A stretch of 63,565 bases of DNA, the filler included, from Malassezia furfur (lineage: Eukaryota), in assembly GCA_052055015.1 (NCBI GenBank). It is 7 parts of 7 records of this genome, joined end to end, with 100 filler letters (N's around TTAATTAATTAA, not from the genome) between each part and the next. Parts side by side here need not be neighbours in the genome. Positions count along the whole stretch, not along the records: positions 45,612 to 54,542 come from JBQJIT010000443.1; positions 54,643 to 63,565 come from JBQJIT010000444.1; 5 more parts are not named here. The stretch is one strand, 5' to 3'. Shown here piece after piece: positions 52,713 through 63,565 of the stretch. The notes beneath the pieces were generated by a model. That model did no database searches. It saw only the letters and a list, made by a program, of their open reading frames with translations, and was not told the DNA's origin. Numbering within the stretch: the stretch's first letter is position 1; every line of letters starts with the position of its first letter. The translations under genes and the position numbers were made by a program.

Positions 52713-53809
52713 ATGGGCGCGTGCTTTTCTGGTCCGGCGCGCGGCGTGGACCAGGATGCCAAGCAAAAGAGCCTCGACATTGACAAGCGCATCGATGAGG
52801 ACAGCAAGCGGGGGAGAAGCGAGTATAAGATCCTCCTGCTCGGTTCCGGCGAGTCGGGCAAGTCGACGATCGTGAAGCAGATGAAGATCATCCACCAGAA
52901 CGGCTTCACGCCCAACGAGCTGCTCATGTACCGGCTTACTGTGATCAAAAACCTGATTGACTCGGCACAAGCAGTGGTGCTGGCACTCCGCCGATTCTCG
53001 CTCGAGCCTCAAGAGCTGACAAACCGCGAGGCGGCAGACCGTATCCTCGAGTATAACGTGCCTGCGGACGCAAACCTCACGCTGCCGGCCGAAATGGGCG
53101 CGATGATTGCGTCGCTGTGGAAAGACCCAGTGATCCCGTCGCTACTTGACCGCCGCGGGGAGTTTTATCTGATGGACAACGCGGTCTACTTCTTTGAGCA
53201 CGCGCAGAGGATTGCCTCGACGGCTTACCTACCGAGCGAGCAGGATGTGCTGCACGCGCGGTCCAAGACGGTGGGCATCATGGAGACCCACTTCCGCATG
53301 GGCGAGCTCTCGATTCACCTCGTGGATGTCGGCGGGCAGCGCTCCGAGCGGCGCAAGTGGATCCACTGCTTCGAGGCGGTGACGTCGATCATTTTCTGTG
53401 TCGCCCTCAGCGAGTACGACCAGGTGCTGCTGGAGGACAGCCGGCAGAACCGCATGGCCGAAAGTCTGGTGCTGTTTGAGAGTGTGGTGAATTCGCGTAC
53501 GTGTGGACGACTGACCCAGGCTGGTTTGCGCGCACTTCGATCGTGCTCCTGCTCAACAAGATTGACATTTTCCGGCAAAAGATCCCGCGGCACCCGCTGT
53601 CTGACTACTTCCCCGAGTACACGGGCGGCGACGACGTGAACAAGGCCGCAAAATACATTCTCTGGCGCTTTACCCTGGCCAACCGCGCCAAGCTCAACAT
53701 TTACCCGCACCTGACGCAGGCCACCGATACGAGCAACATCCGACTCGTGTTTGCCGCCGTCAAGGAAACGTTGTTGCAGAACTCGCTGCGCGAGACTGGC
53801 TTATTGTAG
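52713..53809 (+). CDS. Heterotrimeric G-protein alpha subunit, fungal class III (Gpa3/GNA-3-like)
   Basis: MGAC acylation motif; [44 protein letters not shown]. 23-nt intron 53497-53519. Confidence 0.93.
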
Positions 53810-53891
53810 TGTAGATAAGCAAGAAGACATTGGTGTGAGACACAGAGGCCGGCGGACGTCGGGGAAGGTGCGTAGAATTTCTCGGCTACGG

Positions 53892-54542
53892 TCACAGTGC
53901 ACTTTGCACATCGTCGTCTTTGCGCCACGGATCGGTGCGGCGCAGCAGGTCACGCGTCTCGCGTGCAGGCCGCGCGACCGACGGTGCATCGCCCATCCAC
54001 GTCGCCGCAAGCTGGGCGACCGTGGCAGGCGGGCGCACGGCGCTGTACAGCGCCTCGGACGCTTCCTCCACACACGCACGCAGGCACAGCGCCGCAAGCT
54101 GCACGTCGACGGGGGCCGGACGCAAGACGTGCTTTTCAAGCAGCTCGGAGCCATTCGCTGCATCGTAGCGAAGGTAGGCAGCACTGAGTTCGGCCAACGC
54201 CTTTTTGACCGGCTCTCGCACCTCTTCCTCCGCGAGGAACGCGGCGTCGAAGAGCCCATCGACGGCCGCAAGGGCGCCGTCGCCAAGCTTGCCGGCCGGC
54301 AGATGCGCGAGCACCTGTGCAAGCGCGAGGGCCAGCGCATCGCCCACATCGACCGGCTCGCCGGCGTTGCCTGCGAGTCCCGCGGCCGAGGGGGCGGCGG
54401 CTTCGCCGGCGATCGACGCCTGTACGCCCTGCGCGAGCTCGAGCACCACCGGGTCGACACGCGCCTGGTGCTGCATGAGTGCGCCGAGCGCCTCGCCCGC
54501 GCGCGTGCGCACCGTGTTGCTGCTCGGGTCGCTGAGCGCCTT
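53892..54542 (-). CDS. GCN1: Gcn1 HEAT-repeat translational activator, C-terminal fragment
   Basis: KALSDPSSNTVRTRAGEALGALMQHQARVDPVVLEL matches my recollection of the Gcn1 C-terminal HEAT consensus. Confidence 0.7.
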   Translation of the reverse strand, partial: KALSDPSSNTVRTRAGEALGALMQHQARVDPVVLELAQGVQASIAGEAAAPSAAGLAGNAGEPVDVGDALALALAQVLAHLPAGKLGDGALAAVDGLFDAAFLAEEEVREPVKKALAELSAAYLRYDAANGSELLEKHVLRPAPVDVQLAALCLRACVEEASEALYSAVRPPATVAQLAATWMGDAPSVARPARETRDLLRRTDPWRKDDDVQSAL

Positions 54543-54642
54543 NNNNNNNNNNNNNNNNNNNNNNNNNNNNNNNNNNNNNNNNNNNNTTAATTAATTAANN
54601 NNNNNNNNNNNNNNNNNNNNNNNNNNNNNNNNNNNNNNNNNN
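54543..54642. other. Artificial contig spacer
   Basis: N44-TTAATTAATTAA-N44. Confidence 0.99.
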
Positions 54643-56936
54643 GCGGCGGCGCGGGCGCGGACGGCTCCTCCGCGCGGCTCCCGATCCCAAAGCGGAACGG
54701 CGTTGCGCCCGAGCCGGTAAAGCCCGAGCCCGCGGGCCGCTCGGTGCGGGCAGGCGTCGCGGCAGGGGGCGCGAGGCGCGGTGTACTTGCGGCACTGGGC
54801 GTTGGCTTGGTCGCGCGCGGCGCCGGCGCCGGCGCTGCAGCAGGCTCGGCATCGTGGGCGTCAAACAGCCGCTTGAGCGGGTGGTCCTGCATGGGCTCTG
54901 CGGGCGGCGTGTTGTCGGTGTGCGGCGGCAACCCGTCGTCGGAGTCGGTCGACTCAAACTTCCATTCGGGCTCGACGGGCACCACCGACGGCTCCTCGTC
55001 CGCAAAGCGGAGCGCCAGTGGCCCGTCCTTGCCCTGGATAAGGCTCGTGCGCACGCCGCCCGCGCGCGTCCACGCCGCGTACTGTGCCAACAGCTCGCGC
55101 AGGACGGATACGGGCAGCTTGGCGTATGCGCGGATCCACTTGGTGCGCGCCAGCTCCTCGGCAGAGAGGCGCGCCTGTGGGTCCTCATCGAGGCAGCCCG
55201 CGACAAACTCGCGCAGCGCCGCCGAGTAGGGTCCGTCCGGCAGGCGCGGCGGCTTGTTCTTGGGGATCATGGCGATCACGCGCTGCTGATCCTGCTCGGC
55301 GTGCGGCGGATTGCCCGTAGCGATCTCGTAGGCGGTCACGCCGAGGCTCCAGATGTCCGCCTTGTAGTCGTACGCCTTGCCCTCGGCAATCACCTCGGGC
55401 GCCATCCAGTACGGCGTGCCGATGAACGTCGTACGCTTGCCGCGCGTGCCGCCGTGCACAAACGACGCTGCGACGCCAAAGTCGCACAGCATCGGCTGCC
55501 CGGTGCGCGTCACGAGGATGTTCGCCGCCTTGATGTCGCGGTGGATGATGCCGGCCTTGTGGATGTAGTCGAGCGCCACAAGGGTCTCGCGCATGATCAC
55601 GGCGAGGTGCCGCTCCTGGATCGGGCCGGCTTTCATCTGGGTGAGTCGGGGAGAAACGTACCAAGGTGCGCACACTGCCGCCCTCGGCATAGTCCATCAG
55701 GATGCACAGCGTTGGGCCCTGCAGCCAGCTGCCCCAGTACCGCACAATGTTTTTGGTGTGTGCCTGGCGCATCTGGCTCAGCAGCGCGACTTCACGCTGG
55801 ATCTCGCTCACGTCGTCGTCGGGCGTGTCGAGGTCGATCACCTTGAGCGCCACGAGCGAGTTGGTGCGCAGGTGCCGCGCGCGGTACACGGCGCCGAACG
55901 CACCGCGCCCAATCAGCTCGAGGCGCTGCAGCTGGTGGTCTTGCATGAGCAAGTCGCTGCGCGACGTCGATGGCGGCACTGCACGCGACGACGCACGCGA
56001 CGCGTCGCCGACGGCCGCCAGCGGCGCGTCGCGCAGCGCGAGGGACCCACCGCTGCTGGCTTGTGATCGCTCGCTCGTGCCGCGCGTGTGCCGCGAGAAG
56101 GATGCCTCGCTTGTAGCACGCGCGGCCGACGTGTCGCCGCTGTCGGTGCGCGACAGCGCCGCATACGCATCGAGCGGCGCCGCGCCCCACTCGGCGTCGC
56201 GCTCGGAGCGCGCGTCGGCGTCGGTGCTGTGCGGCACGGCGGACGGTACGGGCCGTGGCGCCTGGCGCTTGTGCAGCCGCGTAAGCCGCGAAAAGGTGCC
56301 TGCGACACGGTTGGCGGCGGCCGCCAGCGGCTTGTTCGCCGGCGACGCAAGTTTGCTCTCCTCCTCGCTCGCAAAGCTACGCGCGAGGGAGCCGGACGAC
56401 GGCTGCCGCGAGCGTGCTAGGTCGTGGCCTGGCGTGTACGTGTGGTCGTACGGCGCGCCGTTCCCCAGCATGTCGGGCGCATACGGCTTGGCGGTGCGGC
56501 TCGTCGACGATAGCGTCGACATCTGCGATGCGGATATGTCCATCGACGACGAGGACGGCATGTACGATAGGCTGTCCGAGTCATTTCGCCGGAACGTGCG
56601 CACTGTGCTGCTCGATGTTTCGCCAAAACGCCGGTCGAGCTCGGCTGGCGTAGCGATGGGGGCACTGTGCGGTGGTGGCGGCGCGCGCGACGCGTATGAG
56701 GGCGCCGGCACGGGCGTGTACGACGAGGATGGCGCCTGTGTGGCGTGTCCCACGTCACTCAGGTACGGCAGGCTCGCGAGGTGGTCTGGTAGCGGCGCAG
56801 CGGCCGCGCCTTCGATTGGTGGCACCGGTACACGGCCGATCGCGTGCCGCCGCTCGGACGTGGGCGCCTGGGGAGGGTTGGGGTGGGGGTTGGCCCACTG
56901 CGGCTCGAGCATGGCTGTGCCGCTCTCACTCGGCAT
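54643..56936 (-). CDS. Ste20/GCK-family kinase (Kic1/Nak1/POD6-like) with long N-terminal extension, 3' truncated
   Basis: IGRGAFG, VALKVIDLDTPDDDVSEIQREVALL, HRDIKAAN, LCDFG, GTPYWMAPE. 25-nt intron 55637-55661. Confidence 0.88.
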
Positions 56937-57220
56937 CGCGTGCACGGCGGACACGGCAGGCAGCACACGCACAACTTCGCAGCGCGGGGCAAAGGCGGCG
57001 TGCCTCTTGACGCAGCGGGGGTGTGGAGCGCTGTAGCGCGACGCAGGGCGGGGGGCCGTGCATCCACGTGCAGCTCTCACGCAGGTGGAGGCTGCGAGGT
57101 CGCGCGAAGACGGGCCTGGGGCGGCCCCTTTGGCGCCAGGACGAAGGGGCGCCCGGGCCACCGGGGCGCAAGTCACAACGAAAGCACAGCGGGTTACAAA
57201 GCTACGGGCAAAGGCGAGCG

Positions 57221-58907
57221 TTAGATATGGCCTTCGCTGGTGAGGTAGCGCGAGAGCTCCCGCAGCAGCTCGGTCTGTTTTTCCACGGGCATCTGCGTCA
57301 CGATGATTTGCATCACATGGCCGACCGTGATGCGCGATTCCCGGATGAGCGACGAGTAGTACACGTAGCTGAATAGCCCCATGATGAACTGGCAGTCAAA
57401 GCGGTCGGTGAGGCCACCGTGCCCAGGGATGCTGTCGCCAAAGTCCTTGATGTTGAACGCGCGCTTGAAGCCGCTCGCGAAGAAGCCACCAAACGGCGCG
57501 ACGAGACTTGCGAATGCGGCCATGACGAGCGCATGGCACTGGAACGGCGACCAAGTGAAGGTGGTCACCGGGTGCCGCAGCACCGCCGACAGCACATTGG
57601 ACACCATCGAGGGCAGCGGAGTCTCGCGCGTCAAAAACGCCGGGTTCCGGTCACAGCTAATGTTGCTAAACGCGGTCATGCCGAGGTTCACTGCCGGGCA
57701 CACCATGAAGTCGAAGCGCTGGAAGATTCCGGCCCAGAACCACGAGAAGGCCATGGTGATGAACAGCGCACCGACAAAGCCCTCAACCGTCTTCTTGGGG
57801 CTCAGGCTGATGAGCGGCGTGCGGCCAAACAACATGCCGCACACGTACGCAAAGATGTCGTTGCAGATGACAAGGCTGGCCGGCAACCAGAACCAGATCA
57901 TGCCCTCAAGGATGTTGTTCACGATGAAGTGCGACGACATGACGATCAGCATGAGCGACATGTGCACCCAGCAAAACAGGCCGAACTGGTACTTGAGGTA
58001 GCGCCGGCGCAGGTTCGTCACAAACGCCATGAACCCGAAAATGTAGAGCATGAACGAGATGAACCGGTGGTGGCGCGCAAACTGCAAAAAGAACGAGTCG
58101 GTGTACACGACGTGCTTGAAGTAGTAGATGAGCGACTCCCCGTACAGGAAAAAGTTGCACACCGCAAAGAAGTACCAGCTGAGCGTCTTGCTCCAGACCT
58201 CTTGGCGGCGCTTGTCCTGGCGGCGCTGTTCCGCATCCACCTCCTCGTCGCCCTCGCTCTGACTCGCGCGCGTCGAGCCAGTGAGGCTCGCGCGGCCGGG
58301 GATGTTGAATAGCGCCGTCACTTCGCGGTATACTAGCGTCTCGATCACGAGCACCAACAAAATCATGTACGACGGGCCCATCAACAGGATCGCTGGGTCA
58401 GCTTTGCACGCGCGACGTACTCAAGAATCCGGCGATCATCAGCAGAGAGAAGACGGTGCGTTCGCGCACCTTTTTCCAAAACGCGCGCGACACCTCGCCA
58501 TCACCGGCCTGCGTGAAGGGCGTGGGCGTCGCTGCAGCGTGAGTGGCGGCCTCATCCGACGCAGACGTAGACGCCGGCGCGGCCGACTTTCGGGGGGCAG
58601 GCGAGGGCGCAGCGGCCTTGGCATCCGCCCCGCGCTCCTTCTTGATGCGGTGTGTGAGCACCGCGTCCGACGACGTCTCTTCCTTCACGGGCGGCGTCGA
58701 TGCGGCGCTGCTTGACTTGCTCTTGGCGGCGCGCTTCGCCGCGGCACGTGTGCGGGGCGTGCGCGGCTCGGCATCGGTGGCGATCTGTGCGATGTCGTCC
58801 GAGTCTGACGGCAGCTGGTCGACGGCTAACGCATCGAACTGCGTAGATGATGCGAAGCGGTTGGCGTGTGTTGGCTCAGCCCGTCCCGACTTCCCGCGCG
58901 GCGGCAT
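57221..58907 (-). CDS. CDS1: Phosphatidate cytidylyltransferase (CDP-DAG synthase)
   Basis: SPKKTVEGF, ASGFKRAFNIKDFGDSIPGHGGLTDRFDCQ. 28-nt intron 58393-58420. Confidence 0.95.
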
Positions 58908-58973
58908 GGTAATCGTGACGACGGCGTCCGCACGCACCCCACGCGGTTAATCACGTGCAGCGGTCGTGCACGG

Positions 58974-60902
58974 CTAGTAGACGTCTAAGTAAAATGTGGG
59001 GGCGGAGCGCATCCACCCGAGAATCAGGAGCACGGCGATGTTGAACCCGGCGACCACCAGGAAAAAGGCGCCGGGGAAAGTCTCGATCGTCGAGCCATAC
59101 ACGGCATTGCGCGTAATCAGGCCAATCAGCAGGCAGGGGAGCAGCACGGTCGACACAATCACCAAATAGCTGTCCGCCCCGTCGGGCAGCAGCTCCTGCT
59201 CCTCCTCGGCCTCCGCCGGGCGGCGGAGCTTGAGCGGGAGCGCTGCGTTGCGCTCCGAGTCGACAATCTGGTCCGCAATGGTGCAGGCCGTGCTGCGCAC
59301 CATCGGCTGCGCCGAGCTGCCGCCCGTCAGCAGCGCCGCACCCGCCAGCACGACCCACTCCTGGTGGTGCTCGATGCCGTACGCCATCATGAGCCATGAC
59401 ACGGCATTGATTAGGTAGGAAATGCGAGCGACAATCAGGTCCACCTGCGCGCGCCACAGGCGCACCAGCGTGCGCTGCGACGGCGTGACGTTCGACAGGA
59501 GCCGCGCCTCGTCGGTACGCTCGTACGACGGGCAGCAGTTGGGCCGGCGGCGCACGTCGCTGTGGCTCATGGCGAGCACGGCATCTACCTGCTCCTTGGA
59601 CAGGTCTTGCACGTCAGCGGGCTTCTGCAGCCGCTTCGAGACCACCGACAGCATCGCGGGCAACCCCAGCACGATCATCGCGAGGCGCAGCGAGTTGGAC
59701 ACGGACAGACCGATGGCGATCAAATTGCCGCCCCAGTGGAAGACGTAGCCCATGACCAGGATCAGCACCACCACACCCTCGTTCATCATCGCCGTAAAGA
59801 TCTCCGATAGCGTGAACTGCAGCACGCGCGCATCGTATCGCCACGGGCCAAGGCGCACGGGGATCAGGCGTTGGAACGCCCCAAGCCACGCGTACTTGGG
59901 CGGGTTGCGCATCAGCATCTTTTTGCGCTGCGACGCACGATCGCGGCACAGCTCGCAGTCCGGCATCGACGTCGACTGCTGCGGCTCGCTCTTGAACTGC
60001 ACGACAAACAGCAGCCACAGGACGCCGAACAGCGCAAAGAACACGGCAAGCCAGTAGGACGCCGTGTTAAACAGCAAGTGTCCGTGCGAACCACGTTGGG
60101 GAGAGTGCAGCGTCTTGTTCTTGAGGCAGTGCGTGTAGCCAACACATCGGTTCGCGAGGCCCGGCACGATGCGCACCGCCACGCTACCAAGCATCGGGCC
60201 AATGCTGGCGCCGAGCAGCTGGGCGATCTGCAGTTGCGAAAAGAGCCGCGAGCGCTGCTCCGGGCTCTGGGTATCCACCACCAGCGACTCGACTGTGAGC
60301 GTTACCAGCTCGTTCGCGCCCGAGAACCCGCCCAGAATCGCGCACGACCAGTACACCTTGAGCATGGTCCGCGGCGAGATTGATAAGAACGCCTCGGGCG
60401 TCCGATAGGGGTATTGGTACAACGGCAGAAGCAGCAGGGGGACACGCGCGAGCGCACAGCCCAGCATGCCCAGAATCGCGTACCACCGCCGCGACTTGCT
60501 CGAGAACGTGCGGCCATACAGGAGCATGCCTGCAAAGTTGGCCAGCACCACGGAAAAGGTGATGCGCGTCATCAACGAGTTGAAGTGCACCTCGACGGCG
60601 GGTGCCTGGCAGCTGGTCGCATCCAGGCCCTTGGCCTCTGCGCCTGCATCAGGGTTCAGTGAGTAATAGTGCACGCAGCTCAGCGAGCGCATCGCATCCA
60701 CCTCGGCGGGCGTTGCGACTGAGAGCAGCAGGCCCAGAAGGTGCGGCAGCACAAGCACCTGCAGCGTCGGCCAGGCCGACACGATCGCCTGCTTGGCATT
60801 CTGCACAGACGCACGCAGCGTGGCGTGTGCCTTGTGCCACACCCGCGTCGTGCGGTCGCCGTCAGCGCGTGCAAGCAGCGGCTGCCGTTCTTCGCTCGTC
60901 AT
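58974..60902 (-). CDS. MFS-like multi-pass membrane transporter (SLC46-like; possibly vacuolar)
   Basis: N-terminal EERQPLL dileucine-type signal; many hydrophobic segments; VDTQSPEQRSRLFS..LGASIGPMLG. Confidence 0.7.
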   Translation of the reverse strand: MTSEERQPLLARADGDRTTRVWHKAHATLRASVQNAKQAIVSAWPTLQVLVLPHLLGLLLSVATPAEVDAMRSLSCVHYYSLNPDAGAEAKGLDATSCQAPAVEVHFNSLMTRITFSVVLANFAGMLLYGRTFSSKSRRWYAILGMLGCALARVPLLLLPLYQYPYRTPEAFLSISPRTMLKVYWSCAILGGFSGANELVTLTVESLVVDTQSPEQRSRLFSQLQIAQLLGASIGPMLGSVAVRIVPGLANRCVGYTHCLKNKTLHSPQRGSHGHLLFNTASYWLAVFFALFGVLWLLFVVQFKSEPQQSTSMPDCELCRDRASQRKKMLMRNPPKYAWLGAFQRLIPVRLGPWRYDARVLQFTLSEIFTAMMNEGVVVLILVMGYVFHWGGNLIAIGLSVSNSLRLAMIVLGLPAMLSVVSKRLQKPADVQDLSKEQVDAVLAMSHSDVRRRPNCCPSYERTDEARLLSNVTPSQRTLVRLWRAQVDLIVARISYLINAVSWLMMAYGIEHHQEWVVLAGAALLTGGSSAQPMVRSTACTIADQIVDSERNAALPLKLRRPAEAEEEQELLPDGADSYLVIVSTVLLPCLLIGLITRNAVYGSTIETFPGAFFLVVAGFNIAVLLILGWMRSAPTFYLDVY

Positions 60903-61135
60903 CGCGCTGGGTTAAGTGGGGATGTTGGCCAATCGGGGGCCATCTCCGCGGGTGGCGGCGATCGGGGCAAAAAAAAAATGCTGAGAAATGCACGTAATAT
61001 GACGCGCGCGTAGGTGGCGCAGGGCGCAAGCGGCCGATCGCGCCAGGGCGGTGGCTTGCTTGCCGCGCCGCGGGCGGTCCACGTCGGGCACACACACACG
61101 TCACATCTCCGGTGATGGCTACGGTGTATGGGTAT

Positions 61136-63565
61136 CTATAGCATCATCCGGTCCATATTCAAAGTGCCTGACCCGTCCTCCTCGTATTCGGCAAACGTAG
61201 GACTCAGTACGTAGGGGCTCGGCATGTGTTCCTCGCGTAGCGGGTGCAGCAGCGCCGCGAGCTGCGCAGGTGAAGCAGGGAGCGACAGGATCGCATCAAA
61301 GACGCTGCCGGATGCATCGGTCGCGTCGTCGTGGAGCATCAGCGCAATGATGGGCGTCTGTGCGTTGACGTTGCGCGTCGACTTGATCATGCGCGCGACG
61401 TCCTGCCCGTTGACGACGCGCAACGCAAGCTTGACAAACAGCATCGCGTATTTGGTCTCACCCATCGCCAGTCGGCACATCTCTGCACCATCCTCGACGA
61501 GCGTCGGCTGGGCGCCCGCCTGGACGAGGGCGGTCTGCAGGGCGCGGCGCGACACGGGGTTGAAGTCGGCCACGAGCACGGGAAGCAGTGAGCGCGTTCC
61601 GGACGCACTGCCCGTCCACGAAGCGTGCGCCGGGTGCGAGCGCATAGAGCTGGAGCGCCCGCTGCTGTGGGGCGACGACGCCGCCTCACTCGTAGCGCTC
61701 GCGCCCGTGCTCAGCGGCGTGCCGGTGCCGCTGCCTGCCTGGGGCGCCAAGACGCGCGGCAGGTCGGACTGCGCGCGGCGGTGCATGAGCGACGGACGCA
61801 AGGGCGCGGCCATGGACGCGCTGCTCGCGGACGTGGGCGACGCCGACGGCGGCCCCGAGTTGGACTCGGTGCGGATGCGGCGCACCATCTCGTCGTTGGC
61901 CTGTTTGAGCACGGGCAGGTTCTTGTAGCTGAACGAGCCAAATTCGTTCGCGGGCACAAACGACCCCGAGCTGCCCGACGTGCGCGTGATCGGCACGGGC
62001 GAATGCGGCGCGGCTGGGATGGGTGCGTCGTCCGACGTGCTCGGTGCGTCCTCGTCAAACGTCTGCGGCACGGCGCCGCGCGGGTCAAAGTAGTCCGTCG
62101 ACGCGGCGTCATCGAGGCACGGCACAAAAGGCCCGTCGGCGTCCGCAAGGTGGTCCCAGTCGATGCCTGCAAAGAAGGGGTGCGCACGGATCTCGTCGAC
62201 GCCGCGCGCACCGAGGCGCTCGCGGCGGTCCGTGCAGATGAGGCGCTCGATGAGGTCGCGCGCCTCTTCTGACAGGGGCGCATCCGTGTCCCAGTCAATG
62301 CTGCGCGTGAGGATCTTGTCGAAGACCTGGTTCGGCGTCGACGCATGGAACGGCGGGTAGCCACACAGGAACTCGAACAGAATCACGCCGACCGCCCACC
62401 AGTCCACACCAAACTCGTCCATGCCCACACCGAGGATGGTCTCGGGCGCGAGGTAGTCGGGCGTGCCGACGATGCGCTTTGTCTCGCCGTCCTGCGCCAT
62501 GCTGCGGAAGTAGGCTTCCGTGTTTTGCGCGGCGTTCGGCACACTCGCGAGCGGCACGGGCGCCGCATCGGAAGCCGATGCGGCGTCGGGCAGCTGCGCC
62601 CATGTCGTCGAGAGGGGCGCGGCAGCGAGCGGCTGTGCGGCGCCATCGGGCGCGCTCGCATTGCGTACGCGCGTCTGGCGGCCAAGCAGGCCAAACTTGC
62701 TCAGCCCAAAGTCAGTGAGCTTGAGGTGGCCACGCTGGTCGATCAGCAGGTTGTCCAGCTTCATGTCGCGGTGCACGACGCCGGTGCTGTGCAGGTACGC
62801 GAGGCCATTGACGATCTCGGCGAGGTACTGCCGCGCCCATGCCTCGGGAAGCTCACCCAGCGTCTTGACGAGCGATGCACAGTCGCCGCCAGGCAAGTAC
62901 TCCATCACGAGGTAGAGGTACTCGGTACTCTGGAACGTGAAGAAGAGCTTCACCACAAACGGCGACTGTGTGCGGTTCATGAGGATCATGCGCTCCGCAC
63001 GCACGTTGGTGATCTGGTTCTTGGCGATCATGTCGGCCTTTTTCAGCACCTTGATCGCGTAGTGGTCGCCCGTCGCGCGCTTGCGTGCGAGGAACACGGA
63101 GCCGTACGCGCCCTTGGAGATGGGCTTGAGCAGCTCAAAGTCTTTGATCGACGCCGCGGTCGCCTTGGGCTGTGCGCGGGGCACGAGGCTCGGCGACGTC
63201 GGCGTCGCGCCCACCCGCGGGCTCGCGATCGACAAGTAGCGTGCGTCGCTCAGCGATGCACTCGGCGCATGCCGCGGCGACGACACGGGCGTGTGTGCGC
63301 CGCGGCGCAGCGGGCGGCGCGCGTTGGGGATCGGGATCGGCGAGCGGTTGCGGCCCGTGCGCGTCGGTGGCTGCGCCGCCGCGCCGTTGTCGTCGTCGTC
63401 GGTTAGCTCCACGTCGTCGACCGGGTCGAATAGCACGCCGTTGATGTCCTCCGGCTCGCTGAGCTCGGCGGGCGATGCGACGCGCGGCGTCGGCGGCACA
63501 GCACGCTTCTCGGCGACGAACAAGGTGCATGCCGTGAACCGGATGCGCAACACGATCGTCTATGT
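61136..63565 (-). CDS. RIM15: Rim15/Cek1/Greatwall-like AGC kinase with C-terminal receiver-like domain (5' truncated)
   Basis: SIKDFELLKPISKGAYGSVFL, KNQITNVRAER, HLKLTDFGLS, insert, GTPDYLAPE, EFGSFSYKNL, then a REC-like tail. Confidence 0.9.

Overview
GC-rich, very gene-dense fungal nuclear DNA, most consistent with Malassezia (Ustilaginomycotina; inferred from gene content, compaction and micro-introns). The window is not contiguous. It holds seven contigs joined by six identical 100-nt spacers (N44-TTAATTAATTAA-N44) in decreasing size order, so adjacency across spacers is artificial. About 35 protein-coding genes or fragments are recognisable: THADA/Trm732-like, PIG-A/Gpi3, AlaRS, two tandem Hrd3/Sel1L paralogs, Lhs1, Kcs1, an atypical kinase, an H15-domain protein, a lipase-like hydrolase, a CDF transporter, three tandem amino-acid permeases, Dna2, Nup42/Amo1, an HSDL2-like SDR, uL5m, Lsm3, Bna1, Rps24, an AIF-like oxidoreductase, Cox20, Emc4, Mtc5/WDR59, Sld3, Uso1, Cyb2, G-alpha, Gcn1, a GCK kinase, Cds1, an MFS protein and Rim15. 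The most striking property is a set of ultra-short spliceosomal introns: 29 called by eye, median 25 nt, down to 21 nt, several in-frame and invisible to ORF finders. Other notable items are a structured long intron in RPS24, a G-quadruplex motif 7 nt upstream of DNA2, GATA and CACGTG promoter clusters, zero-length or overlapping intergenic spaces and unexplained intergenic repeats. No rRNA, tRNA, CRISPR array or transposon was recognised. All calls are by eye; no database searches were run.
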